From: the human T2T-CHM13v2.0 reference genome, Homo sapiens
DNA length: 64,000 nucleotides
Reading direction: 5' to 3' (one strand)
NCBI RefSeq assembly: GCF_009914755.1
Contig: NC_060926.1
In this document: piece by piece, positions 28,700-43,329 of the stretch
How the letters are laid out: each line of letters begins with the position of its first letter
Position numbering within the stretch: the stretch's first letter is position 1
Translations under genes and position numbers: made by a program
The notes under the pieces: model-generated
Told to the model about the DNA's origin: nothing
Database searches by the model: none
Seen by the model: the letters and a program-made list of their open reading frames with translations, nothing else

Positions 28700-29895
28700 A
28701 TGTTCTCTCATTAGGATCCTGACATTTGCTCTTCCCACTGCCTGGAATGCTCTTCTCATTATTCGGCAGTCAGCTGAGATAGCAACTTTTCAGAGAGACT
28801 TTCCTAAAGATCCTATTGATCTTACTGTCCCTTCTCCCTCTTGCCTGAGGCGTTTGTTAGCCTATCATTCTGATTCTTTATCATTGCATTAAAAAAATTA
28901 TTAGACTTTACTTTTCAGAGCACTTTCAGATTAATAAAAAAATTGAGCAGGAAATACAGAGAGAGCCTATATACTGCCTCTCCCCCTTGCAATTTCCCCT
29001 ATTATTAACATCTTGCATTAGCGTGGCCATTTGTTACAATTGATGAAACTGTATTCATATATTATTATTCATTAAAATCCATAGTTTACGTGAGGCTTCA
29101 TTGTGTTGAACATTCTATGAGCTTTGACGAAGGCATGATACATATCCACTATCGCAGTGTTATGCAGAATAGTTTCACTGCCCTTAAAATCCTTTGTGCT
29201 CCACCTATTCATCTTTCCCTCTGCCTGAATGTTATATAGTTGGAATCATACACTAGACAGCCTTTTCAGATTGGCATCTTTCACTTAGCAATATGTTTTT
29301 GAGGTTATTTCATATCTCTCTGTGGCTTGGTAGCTCATTTCATTTCTAAATAATGATATTCCATTGTATGGATGTTTGTTTATCCATTCACCTATTGAAT
29401 AACATCTTGGTTGTTTCCAATTTGGGGCAGCTAGGAATTAAGCTTCTATAAACATTAATTTGCAGGTTTTTGTGTGGACATATGTTTTCTATTCATCTGA
29501 ATAAATACCTACGAGTGTGATTGCCAGATCATATGGTAATACTATGTTTAGCTTTCTAAGAAACTGTTACATTTTCTTCTAAAGTGGCTGTGCCATTTTC
29601 TATTCCCACTAGCAATGGATGAGAGTTCCTATTGCTCCATGTTCTCATCACCATTTGGTATTGTTGGTATTGGGACTTTAACCATATCATTGGATTTTTC
29701 ACTATCATAAATTATCTTCTTGATTTATTTTGTTATGAATATAGCAGCTGTCTCCCAACTCACCAGTAGGTCAGAATTGAGGATTTTGTCTACCTTGTTA
29801 AGTGACACATTCATACATAAAGTTAGAAAAAGAATGCCTGACACATAATAGGCACAGTATAAACATGTAACTAAAAAATGATTAAATGAATAAAT
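28700..29895 (+). mobile_element. L2 3' part split by an L1MC insertion
   Basis: 'ttgctcttcccactgcctggaatgctcttc' on the left; 'tgcctgacacataataggcac...gattaaatgaataaat' on the right. Confidence 0.6.
28891..29684 (-). mobile_element. L1MC-type 3' end (about 0.8 kb)
   Basis: Same 3' UTR type as 200-1400 ('aaaattgagcaggaaatacagag', 'catttgttacaattgatgaa'); TSD tatcattgcatt (28879-28890) / tatcattggatt (29685-29696). Confidence 0.85.
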
Positions 29896-32240
29896 TTGTT
29901 CTACAAATTGTGTTATTATAATTAACTTCATTGATGCTCACATCTTTCAAACTCATCTAGTTCCCACTCCATCAATCTTACATCTAAGTTCCTCCCCATA
30001 TATTTCTCTCTTTTCACTGTTATTGCTGATTCTTTGTTCTATACTCCTGAGTTTCTGATCAACTTGTGGGGTGGAGGTGTACTGTGCTATTTTTGTCAAA
30101 CTAAAATTCAGCTCCAGAAATTTGAAAACTGACTTAATGCATTTTTTCACTAATGTTTCTATTTATTCCATGTGTTCTTCTTCCATATGAGGAGCATAGC
30201 CTGGTTTTCCCTTGTTCCTGCTGGCTTGCTGTTTTTGAGGAAGAAATCAAATTTGGCAACATGAAAAACTTATTGTCCAGTGAACCCAACCCCCAACAGT
30301 TTCAGAACCATTACAGACTGATGAGATGAAAACTTTCTCTGTTCTTCTTCATCAGGGATAGCACATTTTCCCCAAGAGCTTCTAGAGACCAGGCTATGTA
30401 AGACTCAGGAAGCAAATATTTGGAGTGGTCACTGGAACTATGGACAGTCATATCAACAAGTGTTTATAGGGACCTGCTGCAGCTGAGCCCAGATTGCAGC
30501 TGAATTTAAGATGAGGACATGGATATCAACCAAAGGTATAAGCCAGAGCTAAAGAGAAGAAAAAGGTTAGAGCCCAAGTATCTGGGACAAATTCATTTGT
30601 TAATTTAACTGCTTTAATAGCTGTTCCTCATCTATTGTGGCTTTCATAGGATTCACTCATCACCTTGACATCCCCGGGCAGACCACATGATAGATGAATT
30701 AGCAGTGAAACAAGATTTCTCCTCTGGCAGTAATCTGCAGTGTGACCTTGGACAGGTCACAAAAATCTCTATTATCAGGAACATCAACTTCAGGGATATG
30801 ACTGAAACTCAATATTGTTTCCTCGTGGACTAGCCAAACACATTTATCACTGAGAATTTAACAGCAAGAATGAATCCAGTGTAATTTTGCTGGCATCTCC
30901 CCACTACAAGTCTAAGATTCAAGGCAGATTTAAGGGTTCACTTCCTTCCTAGTATATTTGGGAAGACTAAGGTCCATCGAGGGAGAAAAGTTAAAAGTTA
31001 TCAAGAACATGGAGTTACTGTGTGGCAGAAACAAGTAGAATCCACTTGTGCTGGATATAATTCAGTGCCGGATGCTCTTAACTTTTTCTTCTCTTTAGTT
31101 TTGGCTTATACCTTTGGTTGATATCCATGTCCTCAACTTAAATTCAGCTGCAATCTGATCCCCAGAAACACTTGTTGAGATGACTGTCCAAAGCTCCAGT
31201 TACCACTCCGAATATTTGCTTCTTGAGCCTTAGGTAGCCTGATCTCTGGAAGCTCTTGGTCGAAATTGAACTGAATTACATCCAGCAGAAGTAAATTCTA
31301 CCTCTGTTTTCAGGTATGGTATTTGGAAGCAAAATGCAACCATTGCCCTATCCTCAACAGACAGAACTCATCCATGGTTGATGAAGGTAGCCTGGGTCCT
31401 AGAGGTGATCTCCATTTTATGATAAAGGACTTGAGCTCTTAAGGACGTTTTATGTTTTACCAGACACTAAGAGTAGCAATCACTCTGTACAACTTGGGTG
31501 AGACTTCCTAAAAATGCCTGTGCATAGTCAACACAATACCCTGTTAATTTAAGAACCATAATGTTTTGAAACGAGATTGTTTCTTGTATCTTCTATGAAA
31601 ATGGGGTTAGCTCAGCCAAAGAACAAGAATCCAGATCATTATAAGCATATGCAGGGAACTTTACAATGCACAAATAATGGCATTTTAAAATCAGGTTTAT
31701 CTATTGATGAAAGCACTTGCTAACATGTTTAGCTGACTTGCAGTTCCTTGAAGTACTGGAAAGCAATAAAACTTCATTAAATGCATTCTCCTAGTGCTTT
31801 TACAAATTCAGAAAGATGGTACTTCAATTGCTCCAAATTTGATAATACATTTCTCACCTATATTCATACGGAGGGTTAGGCTTGGAAAGGGCTTGCCAAC
31901 CATCCAACATCACCTTCTCAGTTTCTGCTGTGGGATTGAAGACCAGAGAGACTGAGTGATTTGTTCAGGAACGCACAGTGCATTTCTTGGTAGAACCACT
32001 GACATCTCTCATGGCCTTTGATTCCTATATATCACATTTAGAAAGTTTATTTTAAAGAGCTTGTGATATGGCACAATTTCGGTTTATTCTCATAGATCTT
32101 AAGTCTCTCTTAGAATACATGAAGATTCAGAAAGCTAAACACATACGTAGACTTTGGGACTTGCTGTGTCTGAGCAGCACATTCATGATGTCTGTTGAAC
32201 TCTGTTTGGCCAATAACAGCTAGTTGGGATAGCTTGACTT

Positions 32241-32270
32241 AAAACAAACGAACAAACAAACAAACAAAAA
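32241..32270. repeat. (AAAC)n microsatellite
   Basis: aaaacaaacgaacaaacaaacaaacaaaaa. Confidence 0.8.
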
Positions 32271-33831
32271 CTTGCTTCTTCTCCTTACTTCTCCTCATTC
32301 CTTACACCCTCTCAAATCAGAGGAAACGTTTGTGTCTTTGCCCAAGCTATTTACCTTGGGTCCCTCTGATATGTTCCTCTTTATCCTGCCAGGCTTATCT
32401 CAGAGGAGACCTATGTGAAGAGTCCTCTACCCCTCTTCCTAGCCACAGGCAGTTACCCTCTTCTCCCTGCTGTCTGTGAACTTGATAAGTATCTCCATCA
32501 CTGAACATTACACATTATTTCATATTTATTTCATATTTATAACTGTCTTGATCAAAACTGTGAGACTCTACAGACAGGAGCCAAGCCTTATTTATCCTTA
32601 GTCCTTAATATCTACAGCATTGCAAGCAATATAATAATATGTGCTCCATAAATATTGTTTGAATTTATTTCTGAAGCCATTCATTCTGAAACAGCCTTTG
32701 TCACTGCTATGAGGTCTCATGACAGTTTCCTATTGTGCCTTTGAAATTGTCAAGGTGAGATTAGGAACACAATTATCTGGCTCATACTCCAGAGATCTCT
32801 CCCTATGAAATAAGGAGGAGGGATAGTCCCTACTAGATGATGCTTTCTAGCCAGGAGAAAAACTAACTTGTAGCCAAAATATGTAGTAGGAAGGAGATAA
32901 ATAACTTTTGAATGACTCCATAAGCTCAAAATCTCAAATCAATTTTTATTATTTTCCTATCCCCTACCCTAATTCCACTGTTCATCCAACAAAGATTTAT
33001 TCTGCACCCTGCACCTACCATCTCACAAGACAGAGTGAGAAAGGAGAAAAGAAAGGGGTTCAGAGGTTCCTAACCATTTTTTTTGCCATGGATTTTCTAC
33101 TATGGACCAAATGTTTAAAATAAATTATTTCAGTTGTTAAATATTACTTTTCTGCTTTTATAGAAGGTAATACTGGGATTCAGAGAAATAAATTAACCTG
33201 TCGGATATCACACAGCTTTTGATTGCTGAGTTGGAGGTTTGAATTAATATCTAAGTCCAAGGTCTGTGCTGATTTCACTACAACTTGTTATTAAAGAGAA
33301 GTACATAGCCCTTGTCCTGAAGGAGCATGTGATTTAAGAGGTGGCATCCTGCAAGTATCCCTCAGGTACAAGTCTGCCTTGTATCATTTGCCCTCAGTTA
33401 AAGGAATGTGTAGAGCTCAGTTTGGAGAAACTAGAAGAGTCTTGGAAGACTGCCAGGGAATCTTCCTGAGAGAAAAGACTGGCAAGGCCCTTATTCTGTG
33501 ACTAGTAGAAAGGACATTAATTATCACAGCCCTAGGGCAGAACCAGCTCCCTCTCTACAGCTGAGGCTTTGTCCTGGGTGGCAGGAAGGAAGTGAAAACA
33601 CAACCTTACAGAATCCAATTGGTCTCTGTTTGCAAGTCCCTCTGTGAGGTCCTGACTCCTTAGCTTCCTTATATCTGCTGTGCTGCCCAGCTTCAGCCAG
33701 TTTTTGGTCCTGTCAGAGCTATGCAGACTGACATAACTGCTTGCGGGGAGATGGACTGGCTTAAAAGGGCATGAACATGAAAAAGGACCAGGGCATAAGG
33801 GGAGGAGTGGTTCTGTTGCACATAAGGTTGG

Positions 33832-34219
33832 TGCTATGGACCAAATGTTTCTGTCCGCCACAATTCATTTGAAGCCCTAACCCCTCCAGTGATGGTATTT
33901 AAAGATGAGGTCTTTAGGAGGTAATTAAGGTTAGATGAGATCATGAGTGTGGGGCCCTTATGATGGAATTAGTGCTTTTATAAGAAGAGACACCAGAGCT
34001 TGAACACCCTCTGAGCACACACAAAGAAGAGGTCACGTCAGCACGCAGTGAGATGACGGCCTCTTACGAGCCAAGAGAAGAGGCCTCAGAATAAAGCCTA
34101 CCTTGCCAGAAACTTGATCTTATGCTTTCTAGCCTCCAGAATTGTCAGAAAATAAATCTCTATTGTGTAAGCTACCCAGCCTATGGATATTTTGTTATGG
34201 CAGCCTGAGCTGTCTAAGA
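33832..34219 (+). mobile_element. MLT1A-family solo LTR (MaLR)
   Basis: TGCTATGGAC start, 'gtaattaaggttagatgagatcatgag', AATAAA polyA signal, 'ttgttatggcagcctgagc' end. Confidence 0.85.
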
Positions 34220-35086
34220 AATTTGTACAGGCAGATTAGGGCAGGATTGTGTGTGGTTGATGATTAAATCAAGAAGCCAGGAATTCTATAACAAAGGTAG
34301 AGGAAAAATGAGAGGTTTTTTTTTTCCATTAGATCTGGAATTTCTAAGGACCTGACAGAATTGCCAGATCTGATAGTTTATAAGTCTATGATCCCCTCTG
34401 CTTCTATGCATTTCATTGTGCAAAGCGTTTATAGAGAGTCATCTTTATGCAAGGCAGTGTAAGGAATTGGGAGACTGAGAGTTGGATGAGACATTGACCT
34501 GTGCCTTCAGAGTAGCAACTGACAAAAAAGAAGGAAATTGACTATTTCCTTTAGCAATGAGCAGTTGACAAAAGAAGAAGAAAAATAAGAAACTAGACCC
34601 ATGTAGCTGTGGGCATGTTGAAAAGACCAGGCCGTGCTCAGTCCTTGGGACTGGTCACAAAAGGTGTTGTCCCATGTCAACAGCAAACTACTTACACGTG
34701 GAAAGGTGAAAGCCTTATCTGGTGATTCAAATCCTGAATAAGCCTCCAGCACCTAGCTCAAGGCCACAGGAGGCTCACTGGGACTACTCCTTGTTCTTAC
34801 TGATTGGACCACAGGCTGCACCTGGGACTTGGTGCCCAGAAGTTGCATGTTCTTTAGGAATAATTGTCATTCAGAGGATTAAATTCATTATCAATCAGAG
34901 GTGAAGCTAAAGCTTATATAAGAAAAAAACACAGAACAGAGATTTCATTTTCATTAAGAAATAATAAAGAAAGGATATTATGAAATACTTAGGGATAAAC
35001 CCAAATGGAGAGATCTGGAAACTTTTAGAGAGAAACTACAGTCTCAAATTATGTTATTCTCAATGTCATTCATTTATTTTTTTGTT

Positions 35087-35502
<416 letters not shown>

Positions 35503-37569
35503 TAGTATCACATAGGATTTTTAAAATGCAGTAAAGAATTAGAAAGATGCATTTAGAAAAATACATGTTTAAGAAGGTAAGATAAAAGAACAACAAATCA
35601 AGATATGGTGATAACCTAAAAGTAGAACTATAGATAAGTGCAACAAAAGAGAGGATCTATAAATAACTCCAAAGGCTTCTTTTCTGAGTAGAAAGAGCCC
35701 TAATGCTAACCATCTCAGACTTATTTATTTCATGTCACTGTTGAGGAATCCACAATCTCCAGATCTTGACAAAATTCAAGGAGGATGGTAAGGAGAAAAT
35801 GAACTTTTAGGACTGACAATATAGAGTCTGCTGTACTCTGAAGAGTTGGCAAAAAATGACTAACAATGTTTATCTTTCTCCATGAAGATGAATAGAGTCC
35901 ACCAAAACTGTCTGCCTTTAGCTTCCTCTTAAAGGGATAGGATAGAAGATAGAGCCTGAACTGAAAAATTTAGTCATGAATCTCAACATTCACCAAATCT
36001 CTAAAGATAATACGCTGCCTGCATTCACTCAATGAGGCCTCAATCTCTTCGTCAGGCAAGATCACAACGGGTTTTTTTTAATTTGGTGAGAGCCTCAGTT
36101 TGACAGAAAGTTTAGAAAAGCAGTTGCTGGTTATCACCATGGGTGGGAAGGAGAGGCAGAGAAGGGTTGTGTTTATTCGCCTTGGGATGATACAGCTCAA
36201 ATAGGTTTTTTCTAACATGCCTGCTGAAGCCTGAAATCCCTTTATTAAGGAATAAAGTCTTACTGAGAAGCTAAGCTTAAATGCAAATTTCAAGAAAAAA
36301 GTCTATGTGAGAATATCATAAAGAAGTGAAAATGACAGATTTGAAGTTATTTTCTGAGAGCAGGTCATTGAGCAATAACGGGAAACACAAATGTTGGTAA
36401 AATTTTGAGTTTAAAAGCAAAATACATTGTATGTCCTTGCACTGAGAATTATATAACACAAGTAAATAAAAAAGTAAAGAACTTTGCTAATATTGCCTAC
36501 ATAGACATTGATGATTTAAATAAAGAACAAAAGGACTCAGAATAGTCAACTCTGAATGTGAAGGGTGTTTAGGAAATCTTTAACCAAATTATTTATATTC
36601 GGTTTCCTTTTATTTATGCAAAAAAACACATTAAGATTTCTTCCTGCATGTCTAAAATGTTACTTCATAACTGTAAAATAAAAATTATATAATAAAAAAT
36701 GTTTAACATAATTTGACATTATTTTCCTCAGTGGTACAGAAAATAATGGGGAGTTTTACAATCAGTGGCATTTTAGATTTGTAAAATTTCCATGCTATAT
36801 CCTTGGACAATATGCAGAGATTACATAAAGCCATATGTTTTTAGAGTTGACTTCATTTAAGCTTTAAAGAGAAAATACTGTCAATGTTATTCTATTATAG
36901 GCCACAGGAAAAAATGAAGACGTCCTCAATTCACGTGATGATAGTATAACTTTATTAACAAAACCTAATAACAATAGTACAAAGAAGGAAAACTATGGTT
37001 CAGTTTAACTTACTAAGTACAATAATTCTAAATAAAATGTTTTCAATCTAAATCCAACAGCATATTAGAAGCATAACATATCAAACTTGAGAATTTATTT
37101 CAGGAATAAAACCATGGTTTACCAACAGAAAAAGCTATAAGCATAATACCTTACTTTAAAAAAAAACCCATATGATTAATAGATATTGAAAAGTCACTTG
37201 ATAGAATCTAGCAGTCTTTTCTTTGAATAAGTTAGCTCAAAGGTCAACAATTTGCAATTATTAGTAGTGAACATTGACATAAATAGTGAAATAATAAAGC
37301 TACTCCCATTGAAATCTTAAATAAGACAAACAACTTTGGCATCACTACATATAGTCTATAGTTTTGATGTCTCTAGTTCATAGAGCCAGAGAGGAAAGTT
37401 TAAATTAAATAATCAGTATAAATATAACGAAACACAAAATGTATTTTCAGATGCTGTGATTACATATCCAGAACAAAACAAATAATTTTAGTCAAAATAA
37501 AAAAAAATCTAATGGGGCGGTAATAGAATGTATATAAAAATGATGTTTTATGCAATAAATACACATAAA

Positions 37570-37830
37570 TTCATTCATATTTTATTTAAACATATTTGAG
37601 CAGTTATTTTATGCCAGACATTATTTGGAGTGCTAGAAATTTAGAGGTGAATAGAAGCTTCTATTCTAATGGGAGAGCAATAGATAATAAACAAGTTTTG
37701 TAAATCAGTAAAATGTTAGATGGTGAACACTGTGATGAAATTAAAACAGGGTTGGAAAATAGGCAGAGAGAAACACAGGAGGAGCCCTGTCAATTGGATA
37801 GCCATGGAAGACTCAGCAAAGAGATGCCAC
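37570..37830 (-). mobile_element. L2 3' end
   Basis: 'aaacatatttgagcagttattttatgccagacattatttggagtgctaga'. Confidence 0.6.
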
Positions 37831-38108
37831 TTAGAATAAGATACGTTGTCAAAATTCTACAGCTTTTATTCTTAAGAATAACAAATTCAAAATGATAAAA
37901 AAGGGAAAAAAGTCACTTTACAGTGGCCAAAGCTCTAAAACATACCTAGGTCAAATTTTAACAAAGATGTATAAGATCTACAAGAAGAAAGCTATGTTTT
38001 ATGTAGAAGGACATAAAACAAGACTGAAACAAATGGAGCAGCATGCAATATTTTTGGATGGAAAGATTTAATACTGTAATAATATCAATATTTCTATTAT
38101 TAATATAT

Positions 38109-38453
38109 CGAGACAGCCAAATATAAAGAGGTCACCAGAGAATCTCCAATGGGCCTGAGCACTGGGAGGAGTGCCTACTGGGCTGGAGCCTTGGGAAGTT
38201 CATGCCATTTGCATTGGGGAGGAGACTGGCCTCTCCTCTCCTGCTGCAGGGTGGAACCTGGGATTCAATCTGTGAGGCAGGAAGCAGACTAGCAGGGCTT
38301 TTGCTTTGCTGAGAGACCCTGTTCCCCTTTTTCACTTTTTTGCCCAATAAATCCCATTTTTCTCAACCTTCGAAATGTCTGCGAGTCTAATCTCTCATGG
38401 TCATGTGACAAGGACCCCGTTTTTAGCTGCACTAAGGAGAAAGTCCTACAACA
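38109..38453 (+). mobile_element. MER61-family (ERV1) solo LTR
   Basis: '(t>c)gagacagccaaatataaagaggtc...gggtggaacctgggattcaatctg...aataaa...actaaggagaaagtcctacaaca'; 4-bp TSD ATAT at 38105-38108 and 38454-38457. Confidence 0.85.
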
Positions 38454-39491
38454 ATATGAAGTTAATGCACACATTGGTGTGCCGTTCCCAAGGTAAAAGG
38501 AGAAGTGAAGAAAGAAAATTTTCTTGTACATAGCTTGGGGAGCTGAGAACATTAGGAGGAAAGATGAAGAATTTGAAGTTAGACATGTTGGGTTTGCCAT
38601 GTCTGTGGGACATTTGGATACAGATGCACAGAGGAAGGTTGAATTTTTGAGCCTGAAGCATAAGACAAGTTTGCCTTGGAAATCTCTATTACTGACTTAT
38701 TTGCAACTAGCACAGAACCTGAGTTTTTTAAAAACTGGCTCTCAGTAAATGTCAGTACACAAATTTGAGTGCCCACTTAAACGTGATTTACCCTTGTTAA
38801 ACTTTCCTCTAGGGGATGGTAAATTGCAAATAAGTAGGAATTTTGTTTTAGGACGCTAGAAAAAAATTCTATTGATATGAGTGTTTATGGAGCAAGAGTT
38901 TTTGTTTTCTGCTTTTCTAATTGATGTACATCTTGACATTTAATAATCTGCTTCTAAACTGCACGTCCATGTGTTCTGTTGGAATGATCAGTGGACTTCC
39001 AAGTGCACACTGTTACCCTTTTATTGATGCACTCAAAAATATTTACTCAGAGCTGCTGACCTCCTGCAATGTGGAGGTGTATCTCACTTATTCATACCGT
39101 ATACATATGCATGAGGTCATAAGACAATGGGAATGAGAAACTAAGCCCCAGGGAATCTAAGCAACTTTGTACTTGATGCCTGTTAGGAGCTCACATCCTA
39201 ATCTCCTTGCACTTTCCATTACACCAAAGTACATTTGTTTCTTTTTCAATGGCTTAGAAAGTCTCATCTGCCCTCTGATAGCATTAGCCACAAATAGAAG
39301 CAAGTATTCAAGACCTTAAAGAAACCAGGAAGGTATTTTGCATATTTAAGTCAGAGGAGACATAGAAAGCCAGTGAAAGCACCTGCTAGAAATTTGGATA
39401 GATCTAAGTGAAATTGAGAAGACCAGTGCCTGGCCAAAAAAAATCTATGTATGATTTTTCGGGCTTGACTCTAGGCAGTTACAAAGGCTTT

Positions 39492-39771
39492 ACCTGTCAG
39501 GTCAGAAGGGGGAAACTGCCCTCCCCACACCAGACTTGATACACAGCCAGTACATCACAGTCCCTGAGAGGTATTGCAGTCAAGGACTCAGGCCCCTCTG
39601 GCCAGCCTTGCTTCCACTCATGTTTGCATTCACAGTGTGCCGACACCACCATAGTTATTGATTAAAGTTGACTGCTGCTTTCATTTTTGTCTTGTTGCTT
39701 TAGTTGACTACTCTGACACCTGGTTGCTCAGCTCTCTTTCCAGCTCAGCTGAGCCCTGGATGGAAATCACA
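39492..39771 (+). mobile_element. Old ERVL-type LTR fragment (family not resolved)
   Basis: TGTCA start, ATTAAA signal, 'ctctgacacctggttgctcagctctctttccagctcagctgagc' recalls MER54/MER74-like LTR 3' ends. Confidence 0.4.
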
Positions 39772-40293
39772 CCTAAAACTCGGTTAGGAAAATGTGCTGA
39801 ATTCAGAGATTGGAGAATCCCTGGGATCTGGGACTTGTAGTGGGGCCTGAGAGAACAGGTTTTCTTTTGATTTGGAATCTTGTAACATGAGTGAGTAACA
39901 CTATCAAAGCTAGATTAGGTGTGGGAAAATATTTTCCAAATACTCTCATTATCAAGAGGGAAACTGACATGCAGAGTGGTGACAACTGACTTAAAGTAAT
40001 GCATGAGGTAGTGGCAGAGACAGGAGAAATCCTGCACAGAGCACCATGCTCACGCTTTGTCTTGGGGAAGGAGCCTGGCCTTTTGAGGGGAATGGAGTGG
40101 GCGAGAGCTTGAATTCTGACTTGACAGACGTCTTCACCACTACTGTGATCTCTCTCTTTTGGGCCTGTTAGTTGTCTATCTCCTGATGAAAGTCTGCTTG
40201 AGAAATACAGGTATGTCCTGACCAGCACCAAATACAGAGGGCCTGCATTGACTCTTTACTTGAAGACAGGCTCAGCATTAGCACATTCTAGAC

Positions 40294-40508
40294 CATTGGT
40301 TGTCAACTGGAGGTGACTGTGCCCTTACAGGACTTCTGGAAATGTCTGGAGATGTGTTGGGTTGTTTTGACTTTGGAAGGGCTGCCACAGGCATCCAGAG
40401 GGTGAAGACCAGGGATGCTGATAAAGCTTCTCCAGTACACAGGACAGCCTCCCATAATAAATAACTATTCAGTGCTGAATGCAATAGCAGCAAGGTTGAG
40501 AAGCCCTG
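40294..40508 (+). mobile_element. MER20 (hAT-Charlie MITE), full length
   Basis: TIRs cattggttgtcaac / gttgagaagccctg; 'aaatgtctggaga', 'ccagggatgctg', 'cacaggacagcc'; 8-bp TSD ttctagac / ttctatac. Confidence 0.88.
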
Positions 40509-43329
40509 TTCTATACCATTCCAGATCAAGAATCCACAAATGCATGGTCTTTGAAAGTCCCCCTTTTTTTCTCTGTGCCTCAGTATATCTATCTTTAAAT
40601 GGCTGGACAGGCTTATTTCTGAAAGTACTTCCCATTCTATTGCACTGTAATTGTAGCTATATGTTCAAAAATTAAGAATTGTTTAGTGTTCTTGAAAACT
40701 ATTTTTCAAAATTGTATTTCCTGCTTTAAAAATATAGTGTGATTCTTTGCTGATTAAGCAATCCTTTGAGCAGGACAAAAGGAGGTAATCAGTACTTCAT
40801 CCACCCATTTGTTTATGTCACAGATGTTAATCCAGCCCCAACTCTGACAGGGAGCCACTGACTTGAAGAGACCCACCTCAGTCACAAAGAATCTTACCAG
40901 CTGTTCCAGCCTACCTGCCTTGCTCCTTCGGCTCCTTTATTTCCATGCCCTGATTCAGCAGAGAAGGACTTTCACTTCGCGGGAATGTATGACTGTCAAA
41001 GTGTGAGGCAGCTAACTGCTGAGAGAAAGTGTTGACAGGCCCTTGGGAGCTTACTTGCTCAGCAGGACCCTGCTAAGTGCTGGTGGTAACAAAAGGCATT
41101 CTCCAAGCCTCTTTGAAGAGAAGTATGAAAGACTATAAAAAGAAAAAAAAACAGAGTGCCATGGGGCCATTTCTGGAGACCCAGTCTAGTGCAGACATTG
41201 GGAAGGAAACAGGTGAGAGGAAGGAAAAGCAGAGGAAGACAACTGAGAGTTTACATCATGTTTTTTCCATGCATCTAGCTATTATTCTTTTATCTCTCTG
41301 TATGCAAGAAAAAGTTAAGTGTTAAGGATCCCATTCAAGTTCCCTTCCTGCTCTTCAATGCAGCCCTAACCAGTTCACTGAATGAGAGGATCATTTAGAC
41401 AGCTGGTCTAAGGCAAAAATAAAGCTTAGAGAGACACATAACTTTTGCGCTAGTCACAGCTGGGCAACCCTAACAGGTGTTCCCTTCATGCACCATGACA
41501 TGGAGATGACTTTGAATCTTTGCCAATTGTGTGGTATTTTTTTTTTTAATCAAAAATGAGTCTCATTGAAGCTGGATGTCTTTTAAATTGTGCTATGTAT
41601 CATCATCATCTATGGGCCATTTCTAAATATCTGAGCACCAAATGTGTATGAGGAACAGGAAGAAACAAATGAAAAGGAAAAAAGGAAGAAAGGAAGGGAG
41701 GCGAGAAGGAAAGTAGGAAGAAAGGAAGGGAGGATAAAGGAAAGAAGGAATTTTCTAAGCTGCCACACTGCATACTCAAGAAACTCTGAGTCCTCAAATG
41801 AGATGTTAATGTAGAGTGTTTTGGAAGAAACACTGTTTTTTGATGGCAAATAAGATTTCTCAGAGCAGCCAAATACGTAGAAGCAGCTGTGAGATCTCTC
41901 CTATGCAATAGTGCCAACCTGACATTAACCTAAGTCTGTGGAAGAGGTCTCCAATTAGGCAGAGCCAGGCTGCACAACTAGTAGGTCATCTGAAAATGGA
42001 GATGAGAATGAAACAATGTTGGAACACTGACAGGCAAGCTCTGGCCTTTCTATTGAGAAGGTGGATGGCAAAAACAACAGATTCCCACTCCATGCTTCAA
42101 GCATATTCAAACTGGTTTTTCCAAACCTCCAGGGAATATAGGAGGGGGCAGAAATGTCTATCCCTAGCAGTTTAGACAGTACTTTGTAAGTAAGTGGAAA
42201 ATAAATATTGAATAAAAAGCAATATTTAATACAAACTGAGATTTGCTTAAGTTTTGGCAACTGATTAAAAACAGAAGTGGGACTAAAACTTTGCTTTCCA
42301 AACTAATGATTTCCTGCACCCCAAACAATAATGATTCTAATCACCACCAGTACCACCAGGCAGGTCCAAATTATTATAATACCATGCTTCTTAGAGGACA
42401 AACAGCTACAGAAACCACCAACACAAAGATTCATTCTAACACGAAGAGTGTTCTTTAAAGAAAATGCAGATTTTTGCATATATTTTTAAAATTAATTAAT
42501 TTTTTTAATCACCACAAGAGAAAACAAAAAGTTTAGCCTAGTATGTGGTCTGATGTTAAAAAAGACAACATTGTAACTGGCTCTGCAGGGCCATCTTATT
42601 TGGTTACAGAGTAGTGAAGGGTAAAAGAAGTCACTCCAAGGTGAGGCATACCTTTGGGTTATAAAGAGAAGCCTCACTCACCTGAACAGGGTTTGTCTTC
42701 TTTCCCCATGTGCAATCCTGAAATTAGCTACCCTAAAAAATATCCTTGGTGAACCAAGAGTAGTAATAATTATTAAAAATTATAATTATGCAATTATAAG
42801 ATGAGCTGAAAAGAGAAAAACAGGTAAAATATAGGAGATGAAGTAATCTCACCAGAAAGTATACTGTGACAAAGTTGATGAAAAATTTAACCCATGTATC
42901 ACTGTAGATTAGAAAATTGAAACAATCATGTCCATGGTACAAGAATACAATCAGAGCTATCTGAGCTTAGGGAGGTTTTTGACATGCAAATAGAAAGAGA
43001 TAAATCATGAGCTGACAGAGCCCAGGGAAAGTCAACATGTGAGCAGTTGGAAGGGACCCGAAATGGAGAAGAAGAGGCTGAACATTCCACAAGGGACATA
43101 AGAACCAAAATGATGAATGCGAACAGTACGGAATTTTTAAAAACATAAAGAAATAATATCTGTATAAAAAAGGAAAAATACATCCCAACTATGCCAATCA
43201 ATAGTCTCCAATTGCTTAAAATCACCAAAAAGACAAATAGATTATAGGACAAAAAGGTAAACTAAGTCAAAATAGGTTTTCAGGAATAAAAGAATACTTA
43301 AATGTACAGATTGAAGACACTGGACATCA

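Noticed and set aside
31295-31400. Possible exon (ctctgttttcag|...|gtagcc)
   Set aside because: Weak donor, no recognisable coding content, no partner exons.
33100-33850. Exact 17-bp match ctatggaccaaatgttt at 33100-33116 and 33834-33850
   Set aside because: One copy is the MLT1A LTR start and the other lies in an apparent deleted hAT MITE remnant; no extended homology, so probably chance.
38109-38453. p53 response element in MER61
   Set aside because: No RRRCWWGYYY pair was seen in this copy.
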